DNA from: Selaginella moellendorffii | Taxonomy: Eukaryota > Plantae > Lycopodiophyta | Length of the DNA stretch: 63,102 bases | Reading direction: 5' to 3' | NCBI RefSeq assembly: GCF_000143415.4 | Contig: NW_003314264.1 | Coordinates: 811,304-874,405, forward strand | Part shown: positions 24,201 through 37,300 of the stretch, in pieces | Numbering within the stretch: position 1 is the first letter of the stretch | Layout: each line of letters begins with the position of its first letter | The notes under the pieces: model-generated | Told to the model about the DNA's origin: nothing | The model's database searches: none | What the model saw: the letters and a program-made list of their open reading frames with translations, nothing else | Position numbers and translations under genes: made by a program

Positions 24201-24837
24201 TACCGATGCTAAGTCGTGGGATTAGTATTTGATGAGCATTCTTCCACTTATTCGAGCTGAGTCCGCTGAACACCTGGGCTACATACAAGTGGGATAATAA
24301 CTGTGTTGCAACTCCCATCATTGTCCATATATGGAGTACAAAGTGGATGACTTAGTGTTAGTCTATTTTCCCCATCTTAAGGTATATGGTTTATCTAAAG
24401 GGCTCCTTGCTCAATGGAAAGGACCATATCAAGTGTTTTGGCAAGTTGGACCGCAAGTTTATAAGGTTTGGAATGACATCCAATAGGCCGATTCTCCAGA
24501 AATTGTGCATGTGTAGCAATTGAAACACTTAATACAAAGGGATCAAGAACAACTGATACCACTTATAGATCCACCAATGCCTCCTCCTGATGTTCCTCCA
24601 GATCCCGGCCCATCTATGAGAGAATCATGATAGTCTTCCATTATTCTAAAAGGAGGGGATGATGTGAGGTCTAAATATACAGATACAATGTTATATACTA
24701 ATATTAGTGTAGTGGGATTTTGGTAGCTGTCGAAATTGTTTCAATCTGGACTATTTGCTTTTGTATATAAGCTAGGGTTTTTGGGATAATTGATATGCAT
24801 ATTTTCCATATTCCCTATCCATATTCATGCACTCACA
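18213..24837 (+). mobile_element. Old, degenerate Ty3/gypsy element with ~175-bp LTRs (18213-18386, 24663-24837) and a tRNA-Ala-like PBS
   Basis: Similar tgtgagg...ca/ta LTRs. PPT aaaaggaggggatga. Remnants include PVPMEVD, DLILGMNWL, FCIDYRPLN, LASGYWQV, FILHIDA and integrase fragments. Flanks share aata. Confidence 0.85.
18757..20365 (+). mobile_element. Solo LTR (~1.6 kb) related to the 10156 LTR family, nested in the gag of the 18213 element
   Basis: TG..CA ends and TSD tcctc/tcctt. CCGAGATGGAGT tandem array at ~18990-19370. Shared gggtgaaagcccaaag and ccaaaagtatagtaggg motifs. Confidence 0.85.
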
Positions 24838-25159
24838 AATATAGTTTATATTGAGAAGGAAATATCTTAATCTTGATGGCTATAAAGAAGAGGAAGTCCT
24901 TATAAATCTAAAATAATATTATTATAGCCTTGAAATAAAATAAATTATAACCCAACCCTCACTTTATAGACCCCTTAAAAATTATGACATTTATAAGACC
25001 TAACCCTCAATTTACTTGCTAGCTTTTTCAATTTCTTCTCTTTTGTTTTTTTTTTCATTCATCTTTATAGCAAAGTAGTAGCCTTTTCCTTTTTGGGCAT
25101 ATGAACTTCATCTTGTGATAAAATATGATAGGAGTATTCATTGTTGCATTGATTACTAT

Positions 25160-26395
25160 CCATTAAATAAGGTGATCATAGATGTGTACCTCTTCCTCAC
25201 ACTATTGATATTTAGATCATTTAGGGAGAAATCATTAATTCACTAAGTTAGATCTTGCTTCAGGGGCTAATGACTGAGGAAGATGTTCACAAAATTTCTT
25301 TTTGTACACCATTTAACTTATATAAGTTTTTGGTGATACCATTCAATTTGAATAATGCTTTAGTGACTTTCTAACGGATGATGGATGAGGTTCTCTTTGA
25401 TATGCTGAATGTGATTGCTAACTTTATTAATGATGTCTTGATTCACTTAAAAGGAACGTAGGAGGAGCACATCCATGATATTCATAAGGTGTTTGGATTG
25501 ACTATGGGAAGTTGATTTAAAGCTAAAGCAGTTAAAGTGTGTGTTTGGGTCTAAGGATATAATATTTTAGGTACTATATTTCTCATAAAGATTTATAAGT
25601 TAATCTTGAAAAACTTATAGCTATTCTAAAGTTACTTACTCCAAAGTTTATGAATGATGTGCAATACTTCTTAAGCAAGAGGCAATATTTTGATTGTTTT
25701 GTTAATCATCTTTATGATTATTGCGAGCATTGTTAAAGTCATCAACATCGTATTTCATCTAATTTGTAAATTGTGAGCTAGCATTTATGGATCTTAAAGA
25801 GTTGTTAATGACTCCTCCAGTTTTGGGATATCCTGACTACACACAACCTTTCATTTTACACATGGATGCTTTTGATATCGATCTCAGAGGTGTGCTAATA
25901 CAAGAGAGTCTAAGTGTGCTTAGTCAATGCTATCCTATTGTATACATCAATTATACATTACAACTAACAGAGATAAGTTACTCTACAATAGAGAATGAGT
26001 GTTTAGCAATAATTTGGGGTTTTAAGAAGCTTCTTGCATATTTGCATGGTTCTCAAACATTATTAAAAGGTGATTATGTTGCACTTATGTTGTTATTGAA
26101 GCAGAAAAACTTTGCTGATCCTATTTAATGGGCCATGAAGCTTCAAATATATAATTTCAAGATTGTTTATCGTTTAAGAAGTTCTATAGCTAATGCTAAT
26201 GCCCTTTTTCTCCCTTCTTCAGTCCCCTCTTTTATTCATGACGAGCATTAGTGGATTTTCTAAACAAAGATTTTGTGCCTTCAGTAGTTGTTGCATATAA
26301 TATTTAGTGTTCATAAGGTGCAAAGCAAGATTTATTTTCTCTTAATAAGGTTTATGAGACTCAAAAGGTTAAGTTGTGGATTTGAAGGCTTCGTA
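25160..26395 (+). pseudogene. Second decayed RT-RNase H fragment, paralogous to 22110-23310
   Basis: Collinear with 22110-23310 (gtgtacctcttcctcacact..., PVLGYPDYTQPFILHMDA, SYSTIENECLA). Confidence 0.8.
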
Positions 26396-27157
26396 TTACG
26401 AATGTGACTTTGGGTATTGAAATTTACCTGTTGGTTAGTCTTTTCGGATATTTTTTCCTTACTGCCATAATAGTAGGAGGTTAGTATTGCTGGACCCGTT
26501 ATTAATTCCCACTTGAGCTAGTTGAGAAATTGGTTAATAGCCATGCACTTAAATTGGATAAACATAAAGTAGGAATACTATGTATTTCTTGCGGAGCATA
26601 CTCGGATTGGTTTGAGAAACTTGTGTCATTGACTTGCACTTGCTAGTATCAAGAACCCCCACAATATTGAAATTGATTTCTTAATATTCACCAAATGATA
26701 GTTTATTGTGTTTGCCAAACACCCTTACTATCATACCCTTTTGTTGGTCTCGTTCCAATCCTAATTACTATTTACGGAAAGTGTTTAGATTTGCTTATAT
26801 AGGGGGTTCCAAACGTATAGTAGGGATAGTGGGTAGGTCGGGCATGGCTGACCAACCTAAGGTATAGTCTAGCTTCTATTTGTATGCTTGTCCTTGTTCT
26901 GCATTTGTTTGGGTTTAAGTCCAAGTTCCATACCATGCTAGTTGGTGGAATGCCCATATCCTCACATTAGGCCATTAATAGCACTAGACTCTGTTTGGCT
27001 CTATTTTACATGTTGGTTTTAGCATTGGGATGTTAGATATTCTAGGACTATTCTAAGTCACTCTATGCTCTTGTTCCTTTGCTCTTTGGGCTATATGCTT
27101 GAGAGCTGCTCCATGTTCCAGTTCCATCACTCCTTAGCTCCATGCTTAGGAGTTTGG

Positions 27158-28627
27158 TGTAAGCCACAAATTTTTCCCTTTCAATTTGCCAGTTTACCTT
27201 GTTAACATTGCATTGGCCTTAGTTAAGTTCCCTCGCCAAGGTTTTCGCCTATTGTACCAGCTCTTACTTGATCCTACTTGGTTTTAGCTACTCACTGCAG
27301 AAGTAATGAAACATTAGCCATCCATCTACGGAATCCCAAATCTCTCCCAATTCCCTTTCCTGGGTTAGACTGGATTTAAAATTTAGCTACACTCCCCACA
27401 AGCACAAGCAACCAAGCACACCAAGCCTCCAAGTTTCTAACATCCCTTGGTACAACAAAACTTGATCATAGGACCCTCTAAATCCCAAGCCTTGGGTGCA
27501 ACACTTGCTCTGGGGCACCGGAGGGAAACACCATGGTTTAACGGCCTGGTATGGGTACCTTTACTCCCCCACTTCCATCCCGAAGGGGAGGCCCAAGCCC
27601 CTAAGAAGTGGCAAGGACCAATGAGCCACAAGATACTTAAGTGGGGCACCACTCCACATAAGCCGGGAGCACCACAGTCAGTTTCCCTTTCGGGAGTGGG
27701 AGCTGCTCATGAGCACTTCCTTGGGTGGCCCCTTTAGCACCACCCAAGTCCATGCTCACTCCGACCCAAGGCCCTTAAGCCCCAGTTTCAACCTCAAGTC
27801 AATTTGTAAGTACCACTAGAGAGTTCTTTCAGACTGATTCCTGACCCTNNNNNNNNNNNNNNNNNNNNNNNNNNNNNNNNNNNNNNNNNNNNNNNNNNNN
27901 NNNNNNNNNNNNNNNNNNNNNNNNNNNNNNNNNNNNNNNNNNNNNNNNNNNNNNNNNNNNNNNNNNNNNNNNNNNNNNNNNNNNNNNNNNNNNNNNNNNN
28001 NNNNNNNNNNNNNNNNNNNNNNNNNNNNNNNNNNNNNNNNNNNNNNNNNNNNNNNNNNNNNNNNNNNNNNNNNNNNNNNNNNNNNNNNNNNNNNNCCCCC
28101 CCCCCCCCCCCCCCCTTGAGAGACACACGCTTTGGGCTTTCACCCCACGACCTGTATTAGTATTCGGATTTGGGCTTTCACCCCACAACCTGTATTAGTA
28201 TTCGGCCTTGGTCTCGGACTCGATTTTAGACTTGATCTCGGACTTAACCTTGGACTCAACCTTGGACTTGATCTTGGACCCGACCTCTGACTCGACCTTA
28301 GACTCTGTCTCAGACTTGACCTTAGACTCTGTCTTGAACTCGACCTTGGACTCGATCTCGGACTCTGTCTCAGACTCGATCTTGGACTCGGTCTCAGACC
28401 CGATCTCGAATCTCGGACTCTGTCTCGAACTCGGTCTCAAACTCAATCTTGAACTCAGTCTTGGAGTTGGCCTCAAATTCAATCCTGGACTCTATCTCAA
28501 ACTCAGTCTTAGAGTCGGTCTTGGACTCGATCTCATACTCAATCCTAATCAATGAACTCTTTATCATTTCGGTCGTGCTTTCAGGGATCCTTTAGCCTAT
28601 GACACCTTGGGGAGTTGGTTCCTTACA
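27158..28627 (-). mobile_element. Diverged solo LTR of the 10156 chromovirus family (contains an N gap)
   Basis: Reverse complement of the 10156-11306 LTR, with TSD TTTGG on both sides. Confidence 0.92.
27849..28095. other. Assembly gap
   Basis: Run of N next to the LTR G/C homopolymer. Confidence 1.
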
Positions 28628-31600
28628 TTTGGCTCCATACCTTCATTCAATGGCCCAAGGCCTTGAAACTTGGGTTCCACTCTATTGTCCTTTGGACACG
28701 TGGTATATGGCATATGGCACATAAATTGTTTAGGTTCCCTTTCATGGTTATCCTATATAGAATAAAAGGTGAAAACCATGTGCGCTACATTTGGTATCAG
28801 AGGATGAGTCTCAACGAGTACCATCCAATGACATTGGGCAAGTAGTTTCATTGCATACGCAGATAAAAATGATGATCCAAGTGGGTACATGTTTGGGTGT
28901 TAAGACTTCGCATTCATTCCTTGGGTATGGATTTTAGTTACCTTTTTGTACCATATTATATGAGCTTGCTTTTGGGCTCATAAGATGGATTGAGATGTTC
29001 TGTTTGCATGAGTTTGCACTTGGGTTTATGAGTGAGGCATATTAACAATTGAAAGTTACACTTTGAGTTGGCAAGCTGGATTTGGGGTGTACCATTTTAC
29101 ACGAGTTTGCGCTTGGGCTCGTGAGTGAGGCACATTAGTAACTCAAGCTTACACTTTGAGTTGGTAGGATTAATGTTAGCATATCGGGGGTTCATGAGTG
29201 GTTCCATATACCATGGGTAAAAGTAAACCTCTCTAGATTTGTTATGAGTGGCAAATAGGCTAGTTCGTAGTTATTTAGCATGGCATTAGTGGATCCAGAT
29301 CCTTCCTATGCATGATTATAAATGGATCAATCAAGACTGTAGGAATTAATTTATTGGTTCAAATAGTCATTGCTGCACTCTTTCATAAATTTTTCTTAGA
29401 TTGAGCTGAAGGCAGTGCAAATGCAAACTTGAGGTTTAGTCAAAGATGAGGCCGAAAAAAAAGTCCTCAGGGACAAAGGAATGAACACATAAAATCATTT
29501 TTTCTTCTTGGAGAAATGATTTGTAACGAAGTGTTGTGTTCATATTACACTATCAAGAGTCCCTATCTTGATGCATGTTGGTTATAATGGTCTTACAAAT
29601 GGTGAGTCATAAGATGGATAATAGTGAAGCGTTTAACCATTTTGTCTAGGCTTACTATGAAGACTTGGGTTACAATGTTTAATTCTTTTTCAAGGAACCT
29701 AGCTATTAATCCTTGAGTACTTGGTGTTGGATTAGTTTTGAATTTAGTCAGAAAGAGAGTGGCATAAACTTGTTTGTGTTGTGAATAAAAGTTAGTGGTG
29801 TTGAATGTTATATATCTCTATTGGTGGGGTGTGGCATTTATGTTACATTTTATCGAATCAAGTTGTCACTTGATACTCATGTAAACCTTTGTAGTAATAA
29901 TATAAGTTTTCTTGTGGTGTTGCTTGATTGAAGATCAAGTCATTGTGATACTTATATCATATCCATGTGGTCGCGAACAATGTGTTTACGAAATTGCTTG
30001 GTCAAACGATGATCAACCCCAAAGTAGTTGATAGTGAAGCTAGCTTATTTGCACATAATAACAATGAAGTATCTTTGACTAAATTCTCAATGGTGATCCA
30101 TTATGTTAAAATTAAGTTGGTGCCTTGGTTCCTTGAGGGTTACTAATTAGGTGTTAGAAAGGGTTATAGAATTCATTTGTTATAGCTTGTTGGTGAATCT
30201 GTTGCATTTGGAGTAGATTATTGGATGGTGAAAGTGTGAAGTTCCTCGAGGCATTAGCATTGCTAACACTTGTATTTCAAGTGGTGAGGAATTTTCCTTA
30301 AACTTTAATTTTCTATATCATTTTTTTGTTAATGTTTTGGCTTCACATTGGATCTTAAAAGTGGTTGAAGAAGAGTGTTAGTGCAATATAGATATTTGAA
30401 GATATAGTCTTTGTGATCAAGCCTTCGATGTTTATTTTGCATTTTGCAAATATCATTGTTAAATGTTAGAAATGTGGGCAAGATGTTTGCTGCTTAGATA
30501 TATTATTGGGTCATGAGAATTTATGTTGAGGTAAACCTATGTGAAGTTGTTAGTAGGAGGAAGTTGGTTGAGTCTTGAAAGTTTACATTCCTGGACTGAG
30601 AATCATTCTTTCTCTAGGATGGAAATTTTTTATAAAATTTCTTAGACTTATCCAATGGCTGATCTATTGATTATTTTACTCAAAAACCATTTCATTTTCG
30701 TAAGTCAATACAAACTAGTGAAGGTTGGAGTTAACTTCAGTTAGCTTAAACCTTAGTAAGTAGTTTATATAATGCAACCTAAAAGGGATGCTAACTTTTG
30801 GGGCTAAGGCAATTGAGTTGGATAGAGTTTGGAGTTGGTTTAGAAAAATAGCTGTTGCGCTTTTCTAGAAAGATGACCTTTAAGCCTTTTTTTTTGTAAC
30901 ATTGTGCTTAGTGGCAAGCTGCACCTTGCATTTCATTAAACTTTATGAGAGTAGTGAGCTCTTATTGATCCTGATTTAGTCTTGGTAGTCTTGCACCTTG
31001 ACTGAGTATGGTGATATCCAACTTAGTTGTTTGAGGTTGAAATGTTGGTACCTATATTATAGCCTTGTTTATCAAGAGGTTGTTTACTAATATGAGTCCA
31101 TCTCATGGTCTTCACTTTAATTTTGACTAAGTGTTAATCAAGTATAGGTAGCCTCCTTAAGGCATGCTTAGAGCTATTAGCTAAATATGTTGGTAAACTT
31201 ATTGCGGTTGAGTTGGATTCGAGTGGTTATTTAGTTCATACTTGTCTATGAACCTTTATCTCAACATTCATATTGGACAAATATAGGACTTAATGACATA
31301 AATTTAGTCTTTGGGTTTTGTGAAAGGAAGTTGAAAAGTGATTGTTGGTTGCTTTATAACTAGTGATTGCTTATAGACTTCGTCGAGAACTATTAACACT
31401 TGTTTCGTTCGATGATAGTGATAAGTTTACTTTACTGAAGGGTATTGCAAAGGATCATATTATAGGTTTGCATGGTTTTTCCATGTTAGCATACTGATTC
31501 TACCTTTGTCGATATTATTTGATTGCATTTAATTTATGGTATTAGATTTCATTGAATCTTGGACATAGTGAATCACTCCTTGATGAAGTGTTATCTATAA

Positions 31601-31757
31601 TTAAATATTGTTAAAGGATTGGTCTCGGATACTAAGTATAGTATCTTTAACTTTGGTTAACTTAGTTGTTAAAGAGTTTTGAATGGTGATTTACTCTTGC
31701 TTTCTATTAGCTTTGCTATGATGTTAATGGCATTGAAGTGATGTTTTGTTATTGAAC

Positions 31758-31990
31758 AAATAACTTCACAGCTAATGTATTGTCTGAATCCCGAGTGAAA
31801 GGATCCACGAACGTGTGACTGAATTCCACTCTCAAGCTCGTCCAGTCCTCCACCGACGAAGATCCTCTATGAATGCTCTCCCACACCCGATACGCTAGAA
31901 CAGCCCCGTTGGAGTAGCCCGTGACGAGCATCGTCTCGTTTCTTCGCAGGATCACTGAGATCATCGTGGTGACTGGAGCTGTGTAGGGGC
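31758..31990 (-). pseudogene. Fragment of a plant membrane-protein gene (At1g75140-like, from memory)
   Basis: APVTTMISVILRRNETMLVTGYSNGAVLAYRVWE..EDWTSLRVE, with no own start or stop. Confidence 0.5.
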
Positions 31991-31995
31991 TGGAG

Positions 31996-32381
31996 TGATC
32001 CTGCCTCCTCGTAACAACGAAACGTTGTTTGGTCAGGTTGCCATTTTTTATGACAAGCTGACTACGGAGTCCTCGATCAACTCCAAGCCTGTGGGAAGAG
32101 CCAAGGGTTTTCTGGTGATAGATTCGCTGGGCAAAAGCAGCTTTCTCCAGATCATGATGGAGCTGGAAGGGCGGAAAGGTACAATAGTGCTCCATGGTCA
32201 GAACCCCTTCACTGAGTCGCAAAGGGAAATAGCCGTTGTTGGGGGCACATGAGAGTTCAGAAACGTTCAGGGTTACGCATTAACGAGCACAACTGGAGCT
32301 GAACCTAGTGGGCTTATTGCAATCGACGAAGTTCATCTGGTGAGGCTCTGGAAATGCATCTGGAAATGCTTCAAGCCATAA
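31996..32381 (+). pseudogene. 5'-truncated dirigent paralog with a premature TGA (32250-32252)
   Basis: High identity to 33997-34372. Confidence 0.9.
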
Positions 32382-32599
32382 AACTCATATTTTACTATTT
32401 CATTTTGTAAACTCAGAACCCTAGACCATTAAAAAATGAATATGCTTTATTTAATTATACATCTTAACCTATTACCCACACTCTCAGTCACTCAAAATTT
32501 CTGAGACCTGATCCGCGCAATTAAAATCACTCGGCGAGTGCACCAGGAGGGCCACTACCGCTAATCTGTTCATAACATGACTTAATTCATTAGAAACTA

Positions 32600-33500
32600 C
32601 CTGAAGATTCTTGGTTGCCGGTTCTACTAGATCCCTGATTTGTTCGTTGTAAATCTGCATTGATATTGCACTTCCTGCCGGCTGGAGGTGCGTTGTTTCT
32701 GTGGAAGTACGTCAATTTTAATTGCTACAAGTAGTTATGGTCGACAGTCTTTACTTGTTCAATCCGCAGGAAGAGCGCCTTGAAGAATCTGGGTGCAATC
32801 CCAGCCTCATCACTCAGGGAACCTGATTTAGGAATGCTTCCCCACATTGTGTAAGTTTTCCCGCTTCCCGTCTGCAAGAGATGAAAATGCTCATATTTTA
32901 TGATCCAGGTTGCGAGTCTGAAATACCTGACCGAAGGCGAACATAGAGCAATTAAAGCCATCCAGACAGTGCGCCACCATAGGCGAGCCTACCACGAAAA
33001 CATGTTGCTATAGAGCCATGGTTCATACAATTCGCTAAATGTGCTTGCTTGCCTGTGTTGAGTTTTCCCCAGCAACTCCATCGCACGTGAATTGCTGATG
33101 CTCCAGCGTAACAGAATTTGAGGATACTACAAACAAGCTTCTGGCTGCTGCTTCTTCCTGCTCTTTGCTGATCAATGGCCTTACTCTCAGGACAACCTAA
33201 AGAAAAAAGATAGAATAACATCAACAGAAAAACAGAGAACACAACCTTACCTTCACTCCTGTGTCTGTCTCAAGCGGCAGACGGTCCCAATCGAGCTTGC
33301 ACCTGAGATGACGATCTTGACCTTCCTGCACCTCATTCAACCTACATTTTGCCAAAGGCACCCGCATAGGGCTGCAACACTTGCTGCTACTGCACCTGGA
33401 CAAGGAAGAAGAAGAGGAACAAGAAAAAGAAGAAGCCAAGGGAGGCATATTTTCATCATTCTGTTGCCTCCAGTTCTTGCGCACAGGAGCCTGTGCTCTC
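32600..33500 (-). pseudogene. Intron-containing fragment of a kinesin-12-like motor gene
   Basis: QQNDENMPP, ETDTGVK|gt, P-loop TGSGKTYTMWG, GIAPRFFKALFLRIEQ|gt, DLVEPATKNLQ|gt. The motor domain is incomplete. Confidence 0.75.
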
Positions 33501-33835
33501 ATCCCGCTCGCTTCGATCAAAGCTCCAGTGAAATCCTCCTGCTGCTGCGTTGGAAGCAATCTTGGAGCCGAAGCTTGACATGTTCTAGGTATATTCTTCC
33601 GTTGGGAATGGTCCTCCCCATGGTGCCTTATTCCACCATGTATATAGTATATTCCGCCGTGGTAGAATATGCTATTGTGGTGGTGACGTGCATATTCTAC
33701 CATATACCTTGCCCGATTGATGTTCGAACGTGAACTTATAAAACACCAAGTTGCCGAGGCACCGGAAAACCAGTTCTGTTCTTCAAATACATAAATCTAG
33801 TTCTAGTGCTGCAGTAGTGGACACACAGCTCTGCA

Positions 33836-34372
33836 ATGAAGATCTTCATTTCACTCGTTCTAGCTCTGGTTTTTGCAATCGCTCCTGCAGAATCGAGCTT
33901 CCCAAAGCCGGGAAGATTGGATCTATCAAAGTGCACCGAGGTGATCCGGTTCTACTTGCACGACCAGTTCACCGGGAGCAATCCGACGTCAGCAGTTGTC
34001 CTGCCTCCTCTCAACAACAAAACATTGTTTGGTCAGGTTGGGATCCTAGATGACAAGCTGACTAAAGAGTCCCCGATCAACTCCAAGCTTGTGGGAAGAG
34101 CCAAGGGTTTTCTGGTGTTAGATTCACTGAGCAGCAGCAGCTTTCTCCAGAGCATGACGGTGGAGCTGGAAGGGCGGAAAGGTACAATAGTGTTCCATGG
34201 TCAGAACCCGTTCACTGAGCCTCAAAGGGAAATCGCTATTGTTGGGGGCACAGGAGAGTTCAGGAACGTTCAGGGCTACGCATTAACAAGCACAATTGGA
34301 TCTGAACCTGGTGGGAACATTGCAGTCTACGAAGCTCATCTGCTGAGGCTCTGGGAATGCTTCAAGCCATGA
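33836..34372 (+). CDS. Dirigent-like protein with a signal peptide (intronless, 178 aa)
   Basis: FYLHD, FGQVGILDDKLT, LVGRAKG and REIAIVGGTGEFRNVQGYA motifs. TATA-like sequence upstream. Confidence 0.93.
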   Translation: MKIFISLVLALVFAIAPAESSFPKPGRLDLSKCTEVIRFYLHDQFTGSNPTSAVVLPPLNNKTLFGQVGILDDKLTKESPINSKLVGRAKGFLVLDSLSSSSFLQSMTVELEGRKGTIVFHGQNPFTEPQREIAIVGGTGEFRNVQGYALTSTIGSEPGGNIAVYEAHLLRLWECFKP

Positions 34373-37300
34373 AACTCATATTCTACTCTTAATATATAGG
34401 TACCACGTTTTCTATAAAATGTGATAATCTATATAATAAAACGCTCCACCGGGCCTCCTGGGCCGTCCAAAATAAGTGAAATCTTTGCCAAACCATGTCA
34501 CGATTCTGTGCATGGTTCCCGCCGTTGATCTGCACTCCTATGGACGGCTGAGATCTGGCGGATCTCACCTGGAAGATCCCACGGCTGTGAACATGCGGGA
34601 CTCCCAGTTGAGAAGGGCGAGTTTTGACTGCCGCTTTTTCCTCTTCTGTGTGGGCGCGCAGCCAAGCGCAGGAGACTCTGGCAACCTGAATGCGCTGATC
34701 GGTTGGGAGCAGCAAGCGCGGGATGGTAGGCTGCTGTAGCTGGATGCGCTGGGATTCTGCCCGCTGCTTCCTCTCAAGTGGGACGTTAAAGGCCTGTTCT
34801 GTGGCCGGGTGATCTTGACGAGGGGGCTGCTGCGAAAGCTCTCTCCTGTGAGCTGAATAGTCGTGCTCCTCTTGGGACAATATGCGCTGTCTTCAGCAGC
34901 TTTGCTGATGAGAGAAGCCAGGCCTCACGGCATAGCGCTCTATAGAGAATGAGAACACTCCCAGAACAATCCCCTGGGATGGATCTCACACAGGATGGGA
35001 AAGGAAACTACCAGGTGGCTGTATGCTTATTTCCAAGTTGACCTCAAGCCAGGTGGCTGTACGCTTGTTTATGATTCAATGTATTTAAAAATTGATACCA
35101 TCAAAATATGGAAATACCAACGAAACATTAGCTATTGTCATTGAACCTCATGTGAAATGAGATGTCTTTTTGTAGGATTGATATTGAGTTTTATTAGTCT
35201 TGATATAAATCGTGTTGATGATTTGGTTGTAACTTTGTGTTATTGGCATTCATGTATTTATTGGTTAGTAACTATGTTGGTATTTAAACGAGCTGAGTGG
35301 CAAGTTGAGTTAGTCATGTTTTAGACGAGATTATTTAGTAGGGGTTAAGTTTTAGCTTTTTCTTAGAAAGTGATTTAGTCATGAACTATACTAGCTTTAT
35401 AAGAGGAAGAGTTAGTGATTGATATTAAAGATGTTTGTTAAATTTGAGTTAGGGATATATTGATTATTAATGATTTCTCTTGTGTTTGTTATGAAGAGAG
35501 TTACGTCTTGCTATTGATGGATTCATGGAAGATCATTTAGTAATCACTTATTGAGCATAACTCCATTGTGTTTGGCTTTTGGATTAATGTAGATATGCTC
35601 TTCATTAGCTTTGCATTATGAAGTTTAGCTTATGGATGTGTAAAGGAGGATATTGTGGATTATACCATAATTTCTTCTTTAGCATTAAAGTTAGTTCATG
35701 CAAAACTCATGATCTTTGTTATGTAAGACTTTATTATAGGCTTCTTTGAATTTTTAATTCTTTGAGTTTTCATGTTCATTATTCCATTTGCTAGGAGTTG
35801 TTAGAGACTACATTTTTGGCTTATTAACTTTGATATTGAAGTTAGTATTTGTATCTGGTAATCATTGATGATGATTGACTATCATCTAGGATAGTTGATT
35901 ATCCTTGTTAAAGATTTTGCTAGATTATTGTTAGTATTGAATGATTTACCATTCTTTGTGATAGTAGATTCTTTCTTCAATGATGATTATGCATCTCTTC
36001 ATTGATGGGATAATTAATGGTCTTTTATAATAGTTATTATAACAATTAGATGTTTTAAAAAATCTTGCAATAGATGGTATTGGATGCTTCACTTTTAAGT
36101 TGAGGCATCATATGGAATATGGACAAATCAAAAGATCTAAATAAATTTTAGTTAAGTATTCCAATTTCTTTCCTTTTTCCCAATGATACATCATTGCTTG
36201 AGCTCCATATCATAGATTATGTCATCATAAAGCTATTTCCTCACGCAAAAATCCTGAATATAAAACTATTTCCCCACCTAAAGATCATGAATTTAAATTT
36301 CTCGGAAAGTCATTTATTTCAATACTGCTCAAACCTAAGGACACTTAAAACTTTATATATCCCAAAAAACCTTAAGAGATTAAAAAAAAAAAGTGTTCTA
36401 TTTTATGGCACCAATTCAAGTTATTTTCTTTGCTTGCTTACATTATAATTATAAATACCACCTTTTTCAATAATTTTCCTTTTAAGAACTCTTTCTATCA
36501 ATTTCTTGTCTATTTCAAGGCCCTAGGTTTATTTAAATTCTTCTGGAACTAAAGATTTTTCAACCAAGGTAATGGATTGCAATGTTGTCACTTTTTTACA
36601 ATTTGATTAGATAGGGTTTTTAGAATGCTCTTTTCATTTTTACTCATGTTCTCATAACCTAGTCAGGACCAACCAATCACAAGGTACAACAAAGATTCTA
36701 CCTATACTTGGTACAAATGAGTTAAAGATGTTGGTTAATCTAGCTATGCTTTCACTTCTACAGCAAATAAAAAAGCTTCATAGTAGGCTTGAGGAGGATT
36801 TTCAACCTTTAGAACAAGTTGAAAAACATGGATCTTATGCATTTGGCTTATAAGCATTTGATGTAATAGACAAGTTTTCTTTTATAACAACCTTTCTACC
36901 AAATCTTTTGGCACTAGATCTCTATGGTGGACTTCAAAAGACTCCTCTATACACTATATATCTAAATATGTTTCATGTGAGTTGAAACAAACATGTTATA
37001 ATGTAGTGATTTTGAATGTCTCGACATGGAGTAGAATCTCTCAACTCTAAGACTGGATCATTCACATCAACAACCATTAAGCATATTCTTTTATTTTTTC
37101 CACTTTATAGTGAATGCAGGCCGTTGTCACACTTGTAGCAATGCCCTTCCAGGTAGGATTTTCACCAAGTGTTTTTTACACTTTTTTTTTCATTTTGCTT
37201 TTGTTTTGTTTTTCATTTCTTTCTTTTTCCAATTTTCTCACTTTATTTCACTTCTCTTCAGGTTGTGCAGTTATGAGGAATGCTCTTGGACTATGGTTCT

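Larger units (their letters stand above)
26402..36100 (+). mobile_element. Very degenerate LTR retrotransposon (family shared with 58412-63102), interrupted by a solo LTR and a gene-fragment cassette
   Basis: Collinear with 58412-63102. LTR ends ctaca followed by a tRNA-Met PBS tttggtatcagag at ~28789-28803. The interior is AT-rich with no long ORFs. The right boundary is approximate. Confidence 0.7.

Noticed and set aside
27794-28188. ORFs spanning N runs (also 61262-61669)
   Set aside because: Artefacts of assembly gaps.
34389-34990. GC-rich ORFs downstream of the dirigent gene
   Set aside because: No recognizable domain; treated only as an unidentified part of the cassette.
31770-35134. 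agctaatgt/acattagct as TIRs of the captured cassette
   Set aside because: Only 9 bp and asymmetrically offset from the ends.
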